From Iphione sp. A-MEVVRFRX5 (Eukaryota), in NCBI GenBank assembly GCA_976226885.1, contig OZ320317.1, positions 59,706,001 through 59,770,000 on the forward strand: 64,000 bases of DNA. Direction: 5' to 3'. The notes beneath the pieces were generated by a model. That model had not been told where the DNA came from, searched no databases, and was given only the letters and a program-made list of their open reading frames with translations. Each line of letters starts with the position of its first letter. Within the stretch, counting starts at the first letter, position 1. Made by a program: the position numbers and the translations under genes. Of the stretch, positions 27,199 to 42,000 are shown in pieces.

Positions 27199-29839
27199 CG
27201 CCTCATGTGTGGAAATAGGTTTCATTTAAGCAGGTATATATGCATATGCGGACAGCTTATTTGTAACAAAAATTAATCAGCCGTATTTTGATAATATCAC
27301 TGAGAAGATACCAAGATATCTCTTTGTTCCGCAGACATGCCGCATATTTTACAGCTATACGGACCAAGCACGTGCAGATCGGTGCTGACTGACGCACATG
27401 AGTTATTTTACGGTTCCTATTTTTGCAGTGGTATCATGTCAAATATCTGACCTCGAGCACATTGGATACAAGAGAAAAGCTTACTACCGGAGAGACATGG
27501 ATGACGTAATCAGGACGTCAGTGTCGTGTCCTGATGAAAACCAATTATGTAGTCCAGCGTAACGATTCTCTCTGATCAAGTTAACTTCCCAATTAAGCAG
27601 ACTATTGTTTTTAGGCCTTGCAAAATTGCTAGGCGACTGCGGCCTCCTACCACTCGAGCGACGGCCGTAAACTGATATAGGGTGCTTCTTACGCCTACGG
27701 AAATAAGGCATAATTACATCCCATCATGGAATAAAACCCACATCGCTGACAGAAGCACCAGCAAATTAGCAGCAGCGATGTTCTGAACGTGACGGAGGAT
27801 TAAAATGATTCAGACGGTTAGATAAAGACGATTCTGGCTGAAGGCGTAACGGCTCACTGGGTCTATAACCCTACAGATACGCTGCCAGACCTCAACCCAG
27901 AAAAATCAGGACTAAATATAGCATACGCTGACATAAACAGACACCAGAAAGGGAATATAGGATAGCAAAATGTGTGTTGATGTGTAAGGGTATTCATAAA
28001 CTAGATGGTGTGAGAGAGGTCATAAGAGTGTATAAAGTTATGCCTATATGTGTTCAACACATTTTTTACAAACATATCTATACCCAACTCCATGTTGCAT
28101 TTCTTGCTAGCTGCTTTATCAATATCGAAATGAAGTTAGCTTTGATGGGGTTTGTAGGAGGATCAGGCGTAGAGCGAAAAATCGGAGCTAGGCCATATTC
28201 CTTTGGTTTGCCCCTTTGAATTTAATAACCAAGCCTCATTAGCTGGTGTCGTAGCAGACAGAACTGTAAATAGCAAGCTCGACTCGATCAATTTGGACGC
28301 ACCGTGGAGGATTGTTCCGGAAGGAGTCAGGGGTTTGTCCCAGTAGCTTGATAGATTTTACTCCTGATAGGTGGCCACGGTCCAACACTCTCTCTTCCCC
28401 CTTTGCCTGCTGGACACGCAGACAGCCATGCGGGTGCGTCCCTACGGTCTGTGTCTGACATCTGACCAAGCTCACATTTAACACCTTCCTCGGCGACACT
28501 GACTCCAAGCTTTGTTTTGCCCAGTGTGACCCTGCCACGTGGGAAATCTAGAGTGTTTGTCTGCAGTGCCTGCTCCCTCCTCTTCCTCCCACAGCAGGGA
28601 AACACGGAAAAAGGGGTGTAACCACCCCTCCTTGTGGTCTTATCATAAATGTGGAGGTGGTCGTTTTGTGAACCACACTGCCGGCAACGGTACTGTTCCC
28701 ACACTTATATTTGTTTCCTCGAGTGTCTGCCTTGTTTACCCATCCATCCTACTCCATCTCGAGATCACTTTCAACAGGGCCGTATCGCATCCATTTAATG
28801 TCCTCTGCAACGTAGCTTTGTTCAATATTTTTTTCTGCTCCTGAAGAGGGTCCCCCTGTCTGATCGGAGACCGACTCCCTCACAAAGTACCTCTCAACTA
28901 GGTTTCTCTCTTTTAAAAAATTACTCTTTTTTTCATATAGAACGCTCATTGGAGTAATTTTTCATGGCATCACTCAACTCGAGCGACCACAAATAGCACA
29001 CGCAAGACTCTAGCAGGTACGAAGGGCTGAAAACGAAATCAATTGGATGAAACAAACGACCTGAACTATCGTTCGAAATACACATTTGGAGCCGACGCTC
29101 TGTGTCCTATGACGTCAGACGACGCGCGGGTCACGTGCCGAGGCCTTTCCATCGTCCTTCTCAACCTAACCAAACAGGCCAGCTGCCGCCATCAGCCACA
29201 AATAAAAGTGATGATAACCGAGAAAAAAATCCAATCGACTTTCAGTGGTGCGCAAGTGTTTGATATTTCTAGCATATTTCCCATGAGACAGTGATGCACA
29301 CGCACACTGTAACTGAAGTACAATGTATTCCAGTCACCCGTCGCACAACGCTGACAGCCGTCAAGCTAGATTCCCCTATAGAATGGCATTGAACCTTTGG
29401 ACCACTTTAAGTAAGTCGGAATTTTTACAATTGAATAATAAAAAAACGAGCGCAGAGTGCTCGACTGTGTTTTTCTGGGCCACAGTGGTTTCCGTTTTGT
29501 GTAAGGACGATTCGATTTTGCTGTGTGAGGGCTTAGACGCAGAGTCCCCCCCCCGTATCCCCACCTTTCCAAAGCCGCGTGGTTGCGCCTTTCTATACGG
29601 CAGCAACCATCGACCCGCCGTTTGTTGCTATGGACGCACCTGAATAAACAGCGCTCCAGTCGGTCCTATTTGCCTTGTATTCATATTAATTGTAATACAT
29701 CTTTATTTGGACTGCCTCGCGCGACAGACGGAGGGTCGGCCGGCCATACTGCTGACTGCGCTGCCCTGTCTATAGCCATCGGCCGGACTAGTGTGAGCTT
29801 ACTCCAGCTAGCGGAGGCCGCATATTACTGCCAACAGCA

Positions 29840-30068
29840 AACAGCGGCCATCACCACCCACTGGCACTACAAGCAACATCCTCAACCCACCATCAGCCGC
29901 CACCTCCACATGTATTAAACAGTGGCAACCACCGCCCACACACATACCAACGACATCTTCAACCCACCATCAGCTGCATCTATATCTACATCAAACAGCC
30001 GCCACAACCACTACCTTTCGCACTACCCGCAACATCTTCAAACAACCATCAGCTGCATGTACACCAAA
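29840..30068 (+). repeat. Degenerate ~77-bp tandem repeat, 3 units
   Basis: Units start at 29840, 29918 and 29994; shared core caacatc(c/t)tcaacccaccatcagc. Confidence 0.7.
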
Positions 30069-32796
30069 ATGTCCCTCGCTATGCACTGCCATTGATAACC
30101 ATGAATCTTGCCCGAACCAGAATGGCAAACAACATTACCAGCATTCCTATGGTCAACCCGTGAAAACTAATAGCACTAACATCAACCACATGTCACAACA
30201 TTAACTACTCTCCATGACAACAACATCAAATAGTGACTATTTCACTGCACCAACTTCAACAACAATGTTAACGTTCACGAATGACAAAGAGGAATGATAT
30301 CAGCAATATACACAGTTCGTTAGCCAACACCACTTTCCAAAGTGTAACCTTATCTGATGTTAAATTATAGCAGAACTGACATCTTTACATCGCGACTTCC
30401 ATGTTATTTAAACATTTACAGCATACTACTCAGCTATCACCTGTAGCATAGTCCAAATAACAGTCATCAGCCTCAGAACTACCTGCCAACCAGGGACGAC
30501 AACACCCATTACCGGCAGTATTGACGAACATCCAACACGTCCAACATCATCATCTACACTACCAAGTCGCCTGACTAATCACCCTTAAAATGTAAAACTA
30601 TTCATGAGACATTCTCATGCAACACCAACACCTCAAGTTGTAATTATGTCGACATCATCAGCACCAGCACCGTGGATATTGCCATTTTTAGGGGGCTTCG
30701 CCACCACTGCCATTACGCCACAACCAAGAACTAGCCTCAGTACCATTACCCTTGACGCCATGATAACATCAGCACCGTCACTAATCATACCAACATGACC
30801 AGAAAACTCCACCATCCAACACCATCCAGCACCAGTCATCACCACCAAGGCGACCAGGAACCCTGCCCTCCCGCTAGGCTCCCTGCCTTCCTACCCCGAC
30901 CCCCACCCCCTCCCACCCCCAGCAGCTGTGGTGGACGAGGATGTGGTCTCGCCGAACGGGCCGGACCACTCGATCAATACGCTCTCAGAGACTATTCGCT
31001 TAGTTTCGGCCCGTCCTTTTCCACGGTCGCCAGTCTCCACAACAAATCTCGTTGATTGTTCGTCTAGCACGGACGGCTGATTGAATTATTCATATTGGCC
31101 ACCACGGCCGAGGATTTTCATTCCACACTACGCTGCCCTACGAGCATTCTGTCCCAACTATCCGCCGATCATGTGATATATGACGTGTCAAGGGGGGAGG
31201 TGATATCGGTAGGAATAGGCTGTCCGATAAGCGCGATTCCTCCGTCGGCTGCTTCAATCAAACTGATTTATGTTAGGGCATCCCCAACGTTGAAAATCAT
31301 CATTAACTAATATTAATATAGCGTTGCTTTACAGATGGGTATAACTCGAAAGGTTTTTTCATATGCTTGCATTGCTATTTGCGCGAGCTTCCCTTTCATG
31401 GCAGTTGCCCTGCAATAATCACAATGCCACACATTTAACCATGACATTGTGCTAAATGGAAAGGTTCGATCAGTAGTTTTACCGCCTCTAAACTTCGTCA
31501 TAGGCCCGTTTCATAATTCATACGGTACTACTGACGGCTAGCACTGATATAATATCGAGAGATATCACGAATAAACGGCCCGCAAATTTATGTGTGATGT
31601 TTGCGTGGGATTCTACCTGTGGAGAACATGATTAGTATGACTCAATTCGCACGTTATGCACCATGTATAAAGCCGACGGAATGTAAAGAACTGTCCCAGT
31701 TCCAAATGCACATTTTACACTAAATAATTTGTGGGCGAAACCCCGTATACTATGGAAGAATTTCCAGTCATTTTCCGGCCTAGAAAAAAGACAACTGGAC
31801 GGTAAATGTAGTCTTTACTGTTCGACCTGGAGCACTCTGACTTCAGGTTCTGACAAGAACAAATATTGCACTCTACTCGCTTTTTTTTCTGCAGTGTCCT
31901 ATACAACTATAGACAGTTCAGCTCAGCACATTCGAAAAATGCGGGGTATACTTAATGCCTAGCACTGTCTCTATTGTCACGCACAAAAATCAAGCGCCCC
32001 AACAAGCTTCATCCTGAATCCTAAAACAGTGAGTCTATTTTATAATAAGGGAACCCAGGCCCGTAGCCAGTCTACATCAGTCAACAAAAATTAGTTTGCT
32101 GACTAACCGAGTCTACATGGTCAGTCTGCTGACTAGATAAGACCAGTCTCTTGACCTGGTAAACACTGGCAGCTGATATAGTGGGTGATTTAGAATGACA
32201 TAGCACATGCGACTGCTTTTTTGTTATCACTATGCTGCAGCTCGTAAAAAGGAGACAACGCTCTCTGGATAAACAACCATAGAGATAGGGCGACCCCCTC
32301 TACAACTGGACCGAATAGTCATATTTCTATTCAGTAGAAGCACTGGCAACCTTCGTCTACCACTTCTAAACCCTTTCCATCGCACATGTACGTCATACGT
32401 TTGTCTATTGCAACACCTATGCTATCAAACGTCAGTGGGAGAAACACTTGTACTCTTTGTGTAAGCTGGATCAGGCTAACAGACTTGTGATTAATGCCGC
32501 ATTGCTCCTCCGACGTCTTGATTTGCTATGTAAAAATGCTAAGTACCAAGAACTATTGCCTAACGAGACCGGGCTCACCCCTACATAAAATGAGACCAAG
32601 CGGGGATAACTCCACACTCTACAGGAGAGATTTTGAGATGTAAAGGCTAAAAACGAAAGGAACGGAGTAATCTACTGGGAGCTGGATACGGTGACGACAG
32701 CTTTCACAGCAGCCTTCTGACACACAAGAGGGCACAGTAAAGGTATAACCTCTAAAGAAACACACGGTTTGTCGTAGGTATCCTTGATAAACTTAC

Positions 32797-32914
32797 AGAA
32801 CTCTCTCCTCCTCGACCTGTGTGGTCCCCAGGTGGACTGGCTTGACCTTCACGGGCAGACTGCACACCGTCGTCCGCGCTCCCAGCTGGTCCAAGATGGC
32901 TATGCTAACCAGAA
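32797..32914 (-). CDS. PKD1L1: Internal coding exon of a polycystin-1 family (PKD1L1/PKD1-like) gene, end of REJ region
   Basis: Strong acceptor (ctaat...tctcttcctcttccctctacag) and donor (CT|gtaagt); 118 nt, phase 1 to phase 2. Reads (x)LVSIAILDQLGARTTVCSLPVKVKPVHLGTTQVEEERV(L). Resembles recalled human PKD1L1 VSTEITDGKGSKVQPCTVVVTVLPRYHG and PKD1 VVVQDQLGA. Family assignment is firmer than the PKD1L1 subfamily. Confidence 0.75.
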
Positions 32915-34739
32915 CTGTAGAGGGAAGAGGAAGAGACACTCATTAGATACTAAGTGAGACATAAATACATACCTATACATACATATATTGGTGAGCGATC
33001 ACCTCCATTAACAAGATTTCTTATGGAAGCCGATTCTAATGCTATTACTATCAGAAGCGTCTGGGCTGAACGTCGGGACGGCATGTGTTTAAATTGGCAA
33101 ATATAATGAAGAAGAGTCTGTATTTTAAAACATAGCTAAAAATATGAAACTGTTAGAGCAGCTATACTTTACATGGATCTTATGTACCGAAAGAAGTCTA
33201 TGGTATCTACCACTGATATTTAAAATACCGAGGCAACTACATTTTTACTCCTTATACATTTGACAATCAGATTTTACTCTTTTAAAGTACATGTAATATC
33301 ATAGGCACGATCGGTTGGACCAAAAATTACACTGTATAAAAACCAGCCACTGCTTCGTAGCAGTGCACTCTAAAGGCAGTCCTAGAACAACCAATATCCT
33401 CATCTTTACACGAGTATGCAACAAAAAGAGGGTCCAATCTGACAAAATATAATTCACATTAAATTCAACGCAGATATATGTATGTGCATCATTTTGTTAC
33501 AAAAAAGCATATCACTTTGTGACTCGACATCTGTTATAAAGCACAAATATAGACTGATTGAAATTGAACAGTAGTCAGATATGATAATAATTGGATCATA
33601 ATGATGGTAAAGCTAACATATACAAAAAAGCGCGTCGGGATGCCCTAGGTGGCCAGTGATAATAACTAGGCTCATTTCCATTATGGTACCAATAGAAATG
33701 CCTGGTTATATAGCTATGGCAGCGTAGGGGTGTATGACAGGGAGCGGTGTGGCGGCCCGAGACAGCCATATTAAGCAGACAGGCTCGGTGCACGACGACC
33801 GCTGGCACGGCTAGGAGTACCCTCATCCACAATCAAGCATCAATAATTTAAGTTAAAACAAGGCGGCCGACCCGACACAATGATGTGGCCCTCATTATAG
33901 CTGACAGAGCAGGCGAGGCCCCTTGGACCCTGATCTAACGCTGTGCGCAGTTGAGAAGCTGACTAACTGACGAGCAGCCACGGCGCGGTGTGCACGGGGT
34001 TTAACTATGAAACCGTTATTAAATAGAACGTCGAGAGGCGCCTACCAGCAACACATTAATCCTGGCACAAACGTTAAACTAATGTCGGTTGTAAGTTATA
34101 CAGAAGCTGGACATAGGGCTTCTTCACCTGTCCTCATAATAAGCGTCAAAAGCTTCGATTTATATGAAGAAGCTTCCGTAAAACGTTCCTATAACCGTGG
34201 CATCGATATAGTTCTTGAGGCTTCATCTATATTAATCCGTTCTATATCACTGCATTATTCGAATTAGAAATATAAAATCTGACGCAGAATTTGAGAAAAA
34301 GTAGAAAATCGGGCTAAGTGTGTTAAATTTAGCAACTGAATAGGGAAAAGGTAGACCGGATGTGTTCCTTGTGCGCTCCAAGTTGTGCTCTTGAACACTT
34401 GTAGGTAAACCATGTAAACCATACCTCTGTCCACCTTGCCCAGCACCGTATGTGTATGGATATATTTATTAAGTTATGGATAAATAATAATAATGTATGC
34501 TTTTGGATACATATGTGCAACATATTTTTCAGTCCAGACTGCATTATGGTTTTCCATGTACATGTACACATTTTACTGAAATAGACAGTAAGGCTGGGTC
34601 TCCAGGTACATGTGTCTCTGTGTCTGTGTGTGTGTTTGTGAATGTGTATTTTGGGAACAATCATTTACACGAGGACTATACCCATGCACGTATGGGCCAT
34701 GGGCCATGGGCTGTATGGACGTGGGCGATGTTTCCAAAA

Positions 34740-35130
34740 TGCAACACGTTCTATTTTCCATGGAAAAAAGCCGTGTTTTGCACAGTAGTATAGGAAAAGT
34801 AGGGTTGAAATAACCATGTAATCTATGTTTCCTGCAGAATGTAAACTATATTTCCTGCACATTACTGCACATCACTGCACAGTCATGTAATCATGACTTT
34901 TGCCATTTTTCGGCTCAGTTTCCATGAAAAATGCCATTTTCTCATGTTTTTCAGCCAAATTTGCCTGATATTTGGCTTGTTTCAGTCAAATTTGGCTGCT
35001 TTTTGACTTATTTCTGCCATTTTCCATGTTCCCATGCTCAAAAAACAACATGTGCATGGAAACACCTGTCCGTGTTTTATGTTGGTTCATGGATTATAAA
35101 CATGCTCTAAAATACACGGCCCACATGGTC
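34740..35130. repeat. Second copy of the dispersed repeat family
   Basis: Diverged but collinear with 10911-11340. Confidence 0.55.
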
Positions 35131-35941
35131 AGGTTGATAACTGCTGGTGGCTGAAATAAACATATCATTCATCCCAGTTGCACATCTGTATACGTGAGAA
35201 ACCCTCCAACGATGGAATGATGTTATACTCACACATCCATGTACATTATACCCGGTTTATTGTTAAAATTGGAACCATTTGGAATGATAAATAGATGGTG
35301 GCGATTACAATCGATTGTACATAAAATAACCAGAGTAAATAATGGAATTTAAATCAAATTATGTCCACACACAAGGAGACGTACCTGTACATTCCTATGT
35401 CCTGGTTTGCCCCACAAGTTGTGCCAAATAACATGTATCTGGGCGTGTGAATATGTGTACATGGGAATCCAGCCTAATGTTCAAACACGGTACAATTAGT
35501 TATGCTGCAGCAATTCTTGCAAGGCATCAGACCCATTTCTACATACAGTGGAACCCCTGTTTGCGACCACCCCTCGGACCCCACCAAAAGGGGTCTTATT
35601 ACTGAGTTTGGTATTAAATCGATCACAATTATAGAAACTATGACTCATTTTAAATGATCAGAAATAAGATTTGGTCAGAAATCTGTGCAGTCGGAAATAA
35701 ATGTTTCACTGTGTGTTAAAAATTTTCAATAATATACTCATGATTTCAGAGAAAAGCCTTGTTTTGGTCTCAAGGAAAGCAAGTTCCTTGAACAAGATGT
35801 GACATTCCAATTGTTGCGAAGCTATTTCTAAGAATAAGCCCTTTGCCAAATTCACGACTGAAACGACAGAGAAGTGGTGCATCCGACACAAGTCAGGGAC
35901 AGCTAACCTTTGCTAGCACGGCCAAATTTATTAAAATTGTA

Positions 35942-36066
35942 CAGTAGAAAGCCACCTTAAGGATATGTCTCCAATAGGGATATGTCCCTAAAAGAAGCCC
36001 GCAATAGAGACATGTCTCACTAAGGGACACTTTGGAAAGAGTGTCCTGATTGGAGGTTTTCCACTG
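35942..36066. mobile_element. Tc1/mariner-pogo-type MITE
   Basis: TA|CAGTAGAAAGCC...GGTTTTCCACTG|TA, 10/12 TIR match, TA flanks; a related inverted fragment lies at ~27143-27198. Confidence 0.6.
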
Positions 36067-39000
36067 TATTTGCCCCACATTTACGTGGTTTCGACAAACA
36101 AGGGTAATTAACCATGTAACACTTCCATGACGGGTATGTTGAGTATTACAATATTACTATATTCCGGTTTCGTCAAGACCAATAAAGCGGATGCATACAT
36201 TCTAGCAATTGAGTATGAAATTAGCCAAAGACATCGGCAAATTTTTATTCTTATTATTTTAAACGGATTTCCCCGGCAAACTGCAACTTCAGTGAAGGCC
36301 GCTGGTGCTTCTTGGGGCAAAAAGCTAGTGCGCGAACACTTGGCGCATTACAGCCAGCATGAAGGCGATCAATCAGACACCAGGATCAAGGAGTCAATGT
36401 TGCCAATTTCCGAACCTTGCAACGCCTATCAAATGGATGATCTCAGCTGCCAGAAAGCGGTAAACGTCCCCCCTGCGTGTCAGGAAATGCCCCCCTCGCC
36501 ATCCACCCAACCCACTCACCCAGCTACGCGTTGCCCCCGCGCCCACCGGCCGCCCCTCTACACGCTCGGGCTGCCCGTGTCGGGACAGCTAGTCACAGGG
36601 CAAAACCAACGTATTGACTAAGGTCATCCAGTGAGTGAGATGTCATCGGGCGACTACCATTGGGGAGCGAATCAGACGTGCAAGATGGATGGCTTATGCA
36701 CTCTTTTACCTCCATCACCTGGGCGCCCCTGTACCCTTTGCCCGCTGCCCCCGCCCGTTAGGTTCACCTATGACGACACTCTTCCCCCCACTTGGGGTTA
36801 AATATTCGCACTGAATGATGCGCCATCAATGAAGGGTCGTCTTGATGGGGAGAGAACGGCAACCTTCAGTGACGAAAGAGAAAGACCTCTACTCACAACC
36901 AATACTGTTAGAGCGAAGAACCAAATGACGCCTCATATTGTAATCACGCCGTTAGTCACGCTGGAAAGTACCATGCCATGAATTTGTGGGTATTGGACCG
37001 TGTATTAATTAATCCAGTACTGTCGATGAATCGTGAGGAATACCATTTCGGACGTATACTCTCATCGTTCAATATCTAACTATTCGATAATCTTCCCACC
37101 AAATTTAGGTAACAAAAAAATAGTATATCTTCAGAACCTGAATATCCTCACAAAATTATTTACTGACCTTTTGACACGAAAGAAATGACTGCAGTAAACT
37201 GAATAACCATCTACATTTTAACCCCTGGGTTTTCAGGGATATTTTTGTTTCATCTGTCCTTCCTGAAAGCATCGATCTAGCCAGGACAATTCCTTTATTT
37301 CTGTCTGAGCTATCAGCGCACTATTTTTCTGTGCCAACTGGAGTTCACATACCCATTGTGAATGGAATATGCTCGTTGGGGGGGACGTTGCACGAAGGTG
37401 ACCGTGGTGTAGCTGAACAGACGGCGTATTCGTTCACACGCAAATTCCATGATGGAGACATGCTACATACGAATCGGGATGGAGGGAGGAGTGGCTTTAC
37501 CAAAATGGAACTGTGGTACTCTAGCTAAGGGAATTGGATGGTGATGGGGCGGGGAGACGGTGGGGGGGGGGATAGCGGGATCTGTATGCTTGGCGTAGAG
37601 CAGGGTAACAGATGCATGACTTCATGTTGACATGCTCTCTATCACAGGGTTGGTCAGCTATGACGTTCCACATACTCCTAAAGTGCACACCTGTTAAAGA
37701 GGAGGCCGATGCTTTATCATGGATCCCATTGCTAGGCTTAACATCTGTGTATGCATATAAAACATGATAATCTGGTGTGTGGTATGACTGGGTATCCGTT
37801 AAGAACTGCTTACCAACAATGATATACAACCATATTGATACATACAGAAAAACGGTGCATCAGTACTGACAGGGTGTTGGGGCGGGAAGGGGTAGGAGTG
37901 GAGCAATGGGAGGGGACTGATTGTCATTACCTCAATTTAAAACCCTCTACTCGGACGGTATATAGGTGCCCCTTATTCCCTGGACTCTCTCTGATCCCCC
38001 TCCCTTATGAGGCCTGGCTATTCCATAGATGATTTTAACCGTACACATAGCTCTTGATACAGTTTCTGGTTGACCATGTAAGCCAGCATCTCTAGATATT
38101 GAGGATCTTTTTCTGAAACGACAGCATATCGTAGGCAGACGGATACAACAAGCATAAACTCCAACTATTCCTCGTACACGTTCTAATCCATCTACATGGA
38201 TTATGTTCACGCAGAAAAAGATTTCAGTGATTCCTTAATGGGAAGGCTCAAGTCAACCGAGCTTGGGTGTCGCGAATTATCCTAAGGAGAGCATAGAAAC
38301 ACATACATGTACTATTATACAGAATACAAGCCTAAGCCCTTGGAAAATCCATGCATAAATATATGCACCTAACTGACCGTGAAAGGCTAGGTTCAGGAAG
38401 CAACTCCTATCAATATCAGTCCAGTTTATAATGCTTACGTTAATACCACTATTGCTTAAGTTAAAACCACTACAGACTATACCTTTTCCTGCAAAGTAAA
38501 AGCAATACAAAAACTTATGTACATGGAATATTTATACTTATATTCTCCTCTGTAAATCAACACGCTCACACGATTTGCAACGAATGTATGAGAAAAAAAG
38601 AATATATAGACACTCTTACATACTCATAGAGTAGCAAAATAATAATGACTCTCTCTGCATACGTAGTGCCTCCCTATCAGAGATCCTCCATACTGCACAA
38701 TTCATTTGCTACTCGAGATATCTAGACTGAGTTAGGCATGGATGAAGAAGTGCCGCTCTAACGTCTGTAATATCCTGGGTTGAGGCGGGTAGCTCAGCTG
38801 AGTTGATTTGGATCATTAAAAAGCTTCCTGCATATGGCCTAATCTCTACTACAGTGTACTTACAGCGGTGGAGCCGCCATGACTTTATACCTTCTTACAT
38901 TGTAATCCTGGCTGACAGAAAATAGATACGAGCCAAAGAATCCTTCGTGCTGCTCAACCCTGCAGAATTCCTTTGAGTGTGACACTCAGTTGACAAGGAT

Positions 39001-42000
39001 AATGCATATCAGTCCATTACATATGTCGGCATTAGGCATTAACTCGCTGCCGTCAGGTAATCTGCGGTGATCCTAAGCCTCTTAGCTAGATCATCGCTTT
39101 CAGTGGCAGCCATTGTGAGGCGCCCTGTATGTCTGTATGTGTACCTGTCGGCGGGCTACACTTAGCGGAGCCGTTTTATTTCTTCTTAGCTGCGGATGGG
39201 TCTTTCAGCTGTAATGAGCCGTCTACCGGTATGTTTCCATGCCGACTATAAATCTCTCATTTACCAGGCTCCGTCTTCTACATAATTGTACACCCATCAC
39301 GACACTATTTGAATGTAAATTTAAGAGAAGCCCGGTGTCAGCACAGGCACAAGCTCTCTCACATAGTTAAGAATGATATAGGTTAATGCATTTACTGAAA
39401 GAGTCTGGGAAACTGACGTGTAGTTTGTTGGTGATTTCACTACTACCCAAGGCATGTGTTAATTAATGGTAGTGTTACAGTGGTGGCAGAACGACTAATA
39501 TGAATTCACAATTAGAAAGAATATATGTCTGACAGCATAAACTACGTCTATTGTCTGCTTAAACCTCTTGTTGTATCAGCAGAAAATTCACTACATTCCC
39601 TATGAGATATTTCCGCATAAAGAATTGAAAACATGTTGGCATTTATGAACGCTTTTTAAACCGCTTACATGACAAATGCTTATGGAAAGTGCTATATACC
39701 AAGCAACGAACACACTCCGCCTGAAAAGTATATAGCTCGATAGAGGACTCGAGAGCTTTATAAACGCCAAGTACATGTATATTAATCAACTGTCTGTCAC
39801 GCCCGCGCGACTTTTACCTGTTATGCCTATTCTTTTGAAAGGTTAGATATTTTCGTATGAGTTCTCAGCATTTCACTGCCATCTTCTCAACTACCGATTC
39901 AAAGCATCTGTTTATAAGTGTCAGGGTGTGGGGCTGTCTATCTACCTTCTTCATGTTCATCTATATTTTGTGCTAAATATTAGAAGAATATGGAAATAAT
40001 CCGTGCAGTTTTTTTTAATCATCTACTTATACTAACTGATAATACACACTCACGTATACGAAAGTTTATATGAATGTGCGAGTAATAATCTTTTAATTTA
40101 AAGTTCTGTGCTTCTCCTCTAGCACTTGTAAAGTACAACTACTTATTTTTATTGTATGACCTTTTTCGAAAGATAATACATCCACATGCAGCAAATACGT
40201 GGACCTATTTTTGAAGTGAATTTTTTTATTCGTTTTTCTCTGGAAAGGGTAGGCCAGGGCCTTACATATCCAGATCTCCAGTTAACTTATATGTGCCAAT
40301 AGCTAACCGAGCTCATTAACTAATATACTGACGTTCAAAAATAATTTATGAAGAAAAGAATGCCTAGACCTACTCCGGTGCATTCATCAGTGCCAATGAG
40401 TCGCTAGTATGGCCTACGGAGTGGCTTTCCAAGGCCATCAAATACCCTTATGTTCAGGCTTTCTCTCTCCTGACAGCTGAAATACGCCCTGTCCTTCAGA
40501 TGCTGCGACTTTCTAAGTACTACCATAAGGCATGTACGAGTGGATAAGGGATGAAAGTGTGCATGGGAACTGGTCATTTTCGCAAAGTGGCTGATCATAC
40601 CTTCCGTAAGTTTTTTAGTCTTAGAACGGCACCAGTCCTTATTACAGATCTCGAGGCTCCACCGTACCTTGAATAAACTGCAGTGATGGCCTCATTACCG
40701 TTACTTTAACGTTGATACGTTTATTCATGTACGAACAGCTAGTCAGATTCAATATAAAATGTTCCTAAATAATTCAGTATACATGTATATAAGATATCCT
40801 CGTATATCAATACATGTAAGGCTTTAATTACGTTCCCTCACTCAAATAGGCAACTTCATGTTTGGCGTCACCACTTATTCTCAGTAATCTGGGAGGCACA
40901 GGCTGAGTGGAAAAAAACTATTCTAGCCAAAAAAGGTATTCAAAATATCACTATGGTTATACATATATATAAATATACATTAATGATTCACTTTATAATG
41001 TACACAATTTAATACGGCTGTTTTGGCCATCATGTCTTGATTGTACTCGACAAGGTATTACCTGCCGTTTCAGGATGAAACTTCCAGTGGTGAACATCCC
41101 AGGCGAGAGGGCATGCTGTAGGCTGGATAGAACCCTGTCCAAAATGCCCTCGCTATATCAGCTTTAAAAACGCCACAAGTTTCTTTCCCTTTCGTTTATT
41201 GATGATTCGGTCGAGTTACAGTGAAAAGGAGACCTTGCTGTCGCCGACCATGGGTGTTGGTGGGCGTCATGCCGGAAGCATATCTTACCACTGGCCGGAC
41301 TAGGCTTTCATCTTCTTCTTATCAAAGGTTATCTTGCTGGAAACGCAATGTTATCATTTGGGTCACGAGAGGGGGCTAAAGGAAAATTTATCACATGATT
41401 GGCTCGATGTATGAAGGAAGTCGATACCCTTTTAGGAGGCAGGCCTACTGAGTTGTATTTAAAACATAAAGAAAAATAATCTCCTACGGGAGAGTCAGTA
41501 TTTCAAACCTCGGAACGCTAGGCCACCCCACTAAAAGCTTGCAAGTTGATCACCTTCAGTTATGATCTTTACCTTCATACTTGCGATGGACAAATGTAGG
41601 TGATATACAAGGTACATGGATTTGAGGTGCGTATTTGCCATATTGTAACATGGAGAATTCCCGTGCTGTGTATCTAGTTTGTTTATCTGGGTAGACACGA
41701 AATGTCAGTGTCAAAGTGTTGCGCATACAACAATTACGCATATATCTCTAGATCTACTAAAACGGCAAATGTCCGTATGGATGAACAAGAACACGTTGAA
41801 ATTAAATGCTACAGGAAAATCTTCAGACGAATTCAGGACTGTAAGGGGGATTCAATACAAACTTCGAACTTGAAACACGGGGCTACTTTATCACTTGGAG
41901 TAAGTAGGGTATCTACTACATGTATTTTCTTGCTTTGAAAAGTAAGCTGAGTATCAGTTAGAAAATGACACCAAAAAGTAGTCCCTGAGGTTATTTGGAC

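Noticed and set aside
31678-31690. 13-nt match to miR-1 (GGAATGTAAAGAA)
   Set aside because: 3' end diverges and no complementary 5p arm or hairpin is present.
38780-38800. tRNA/SINE A-box-like gggtagctcagctg
   Set aside because: No B-box or cloverleaf downstream.
38864-38911. 48-nt exon-like segment on the minus strand with good splice sites (QDYNVRRYKVMAAPP)
   Set aside because: Open only in phase 2-2, incompatible with the phase-1 intron upstream of exon 32914; no homology recognised.
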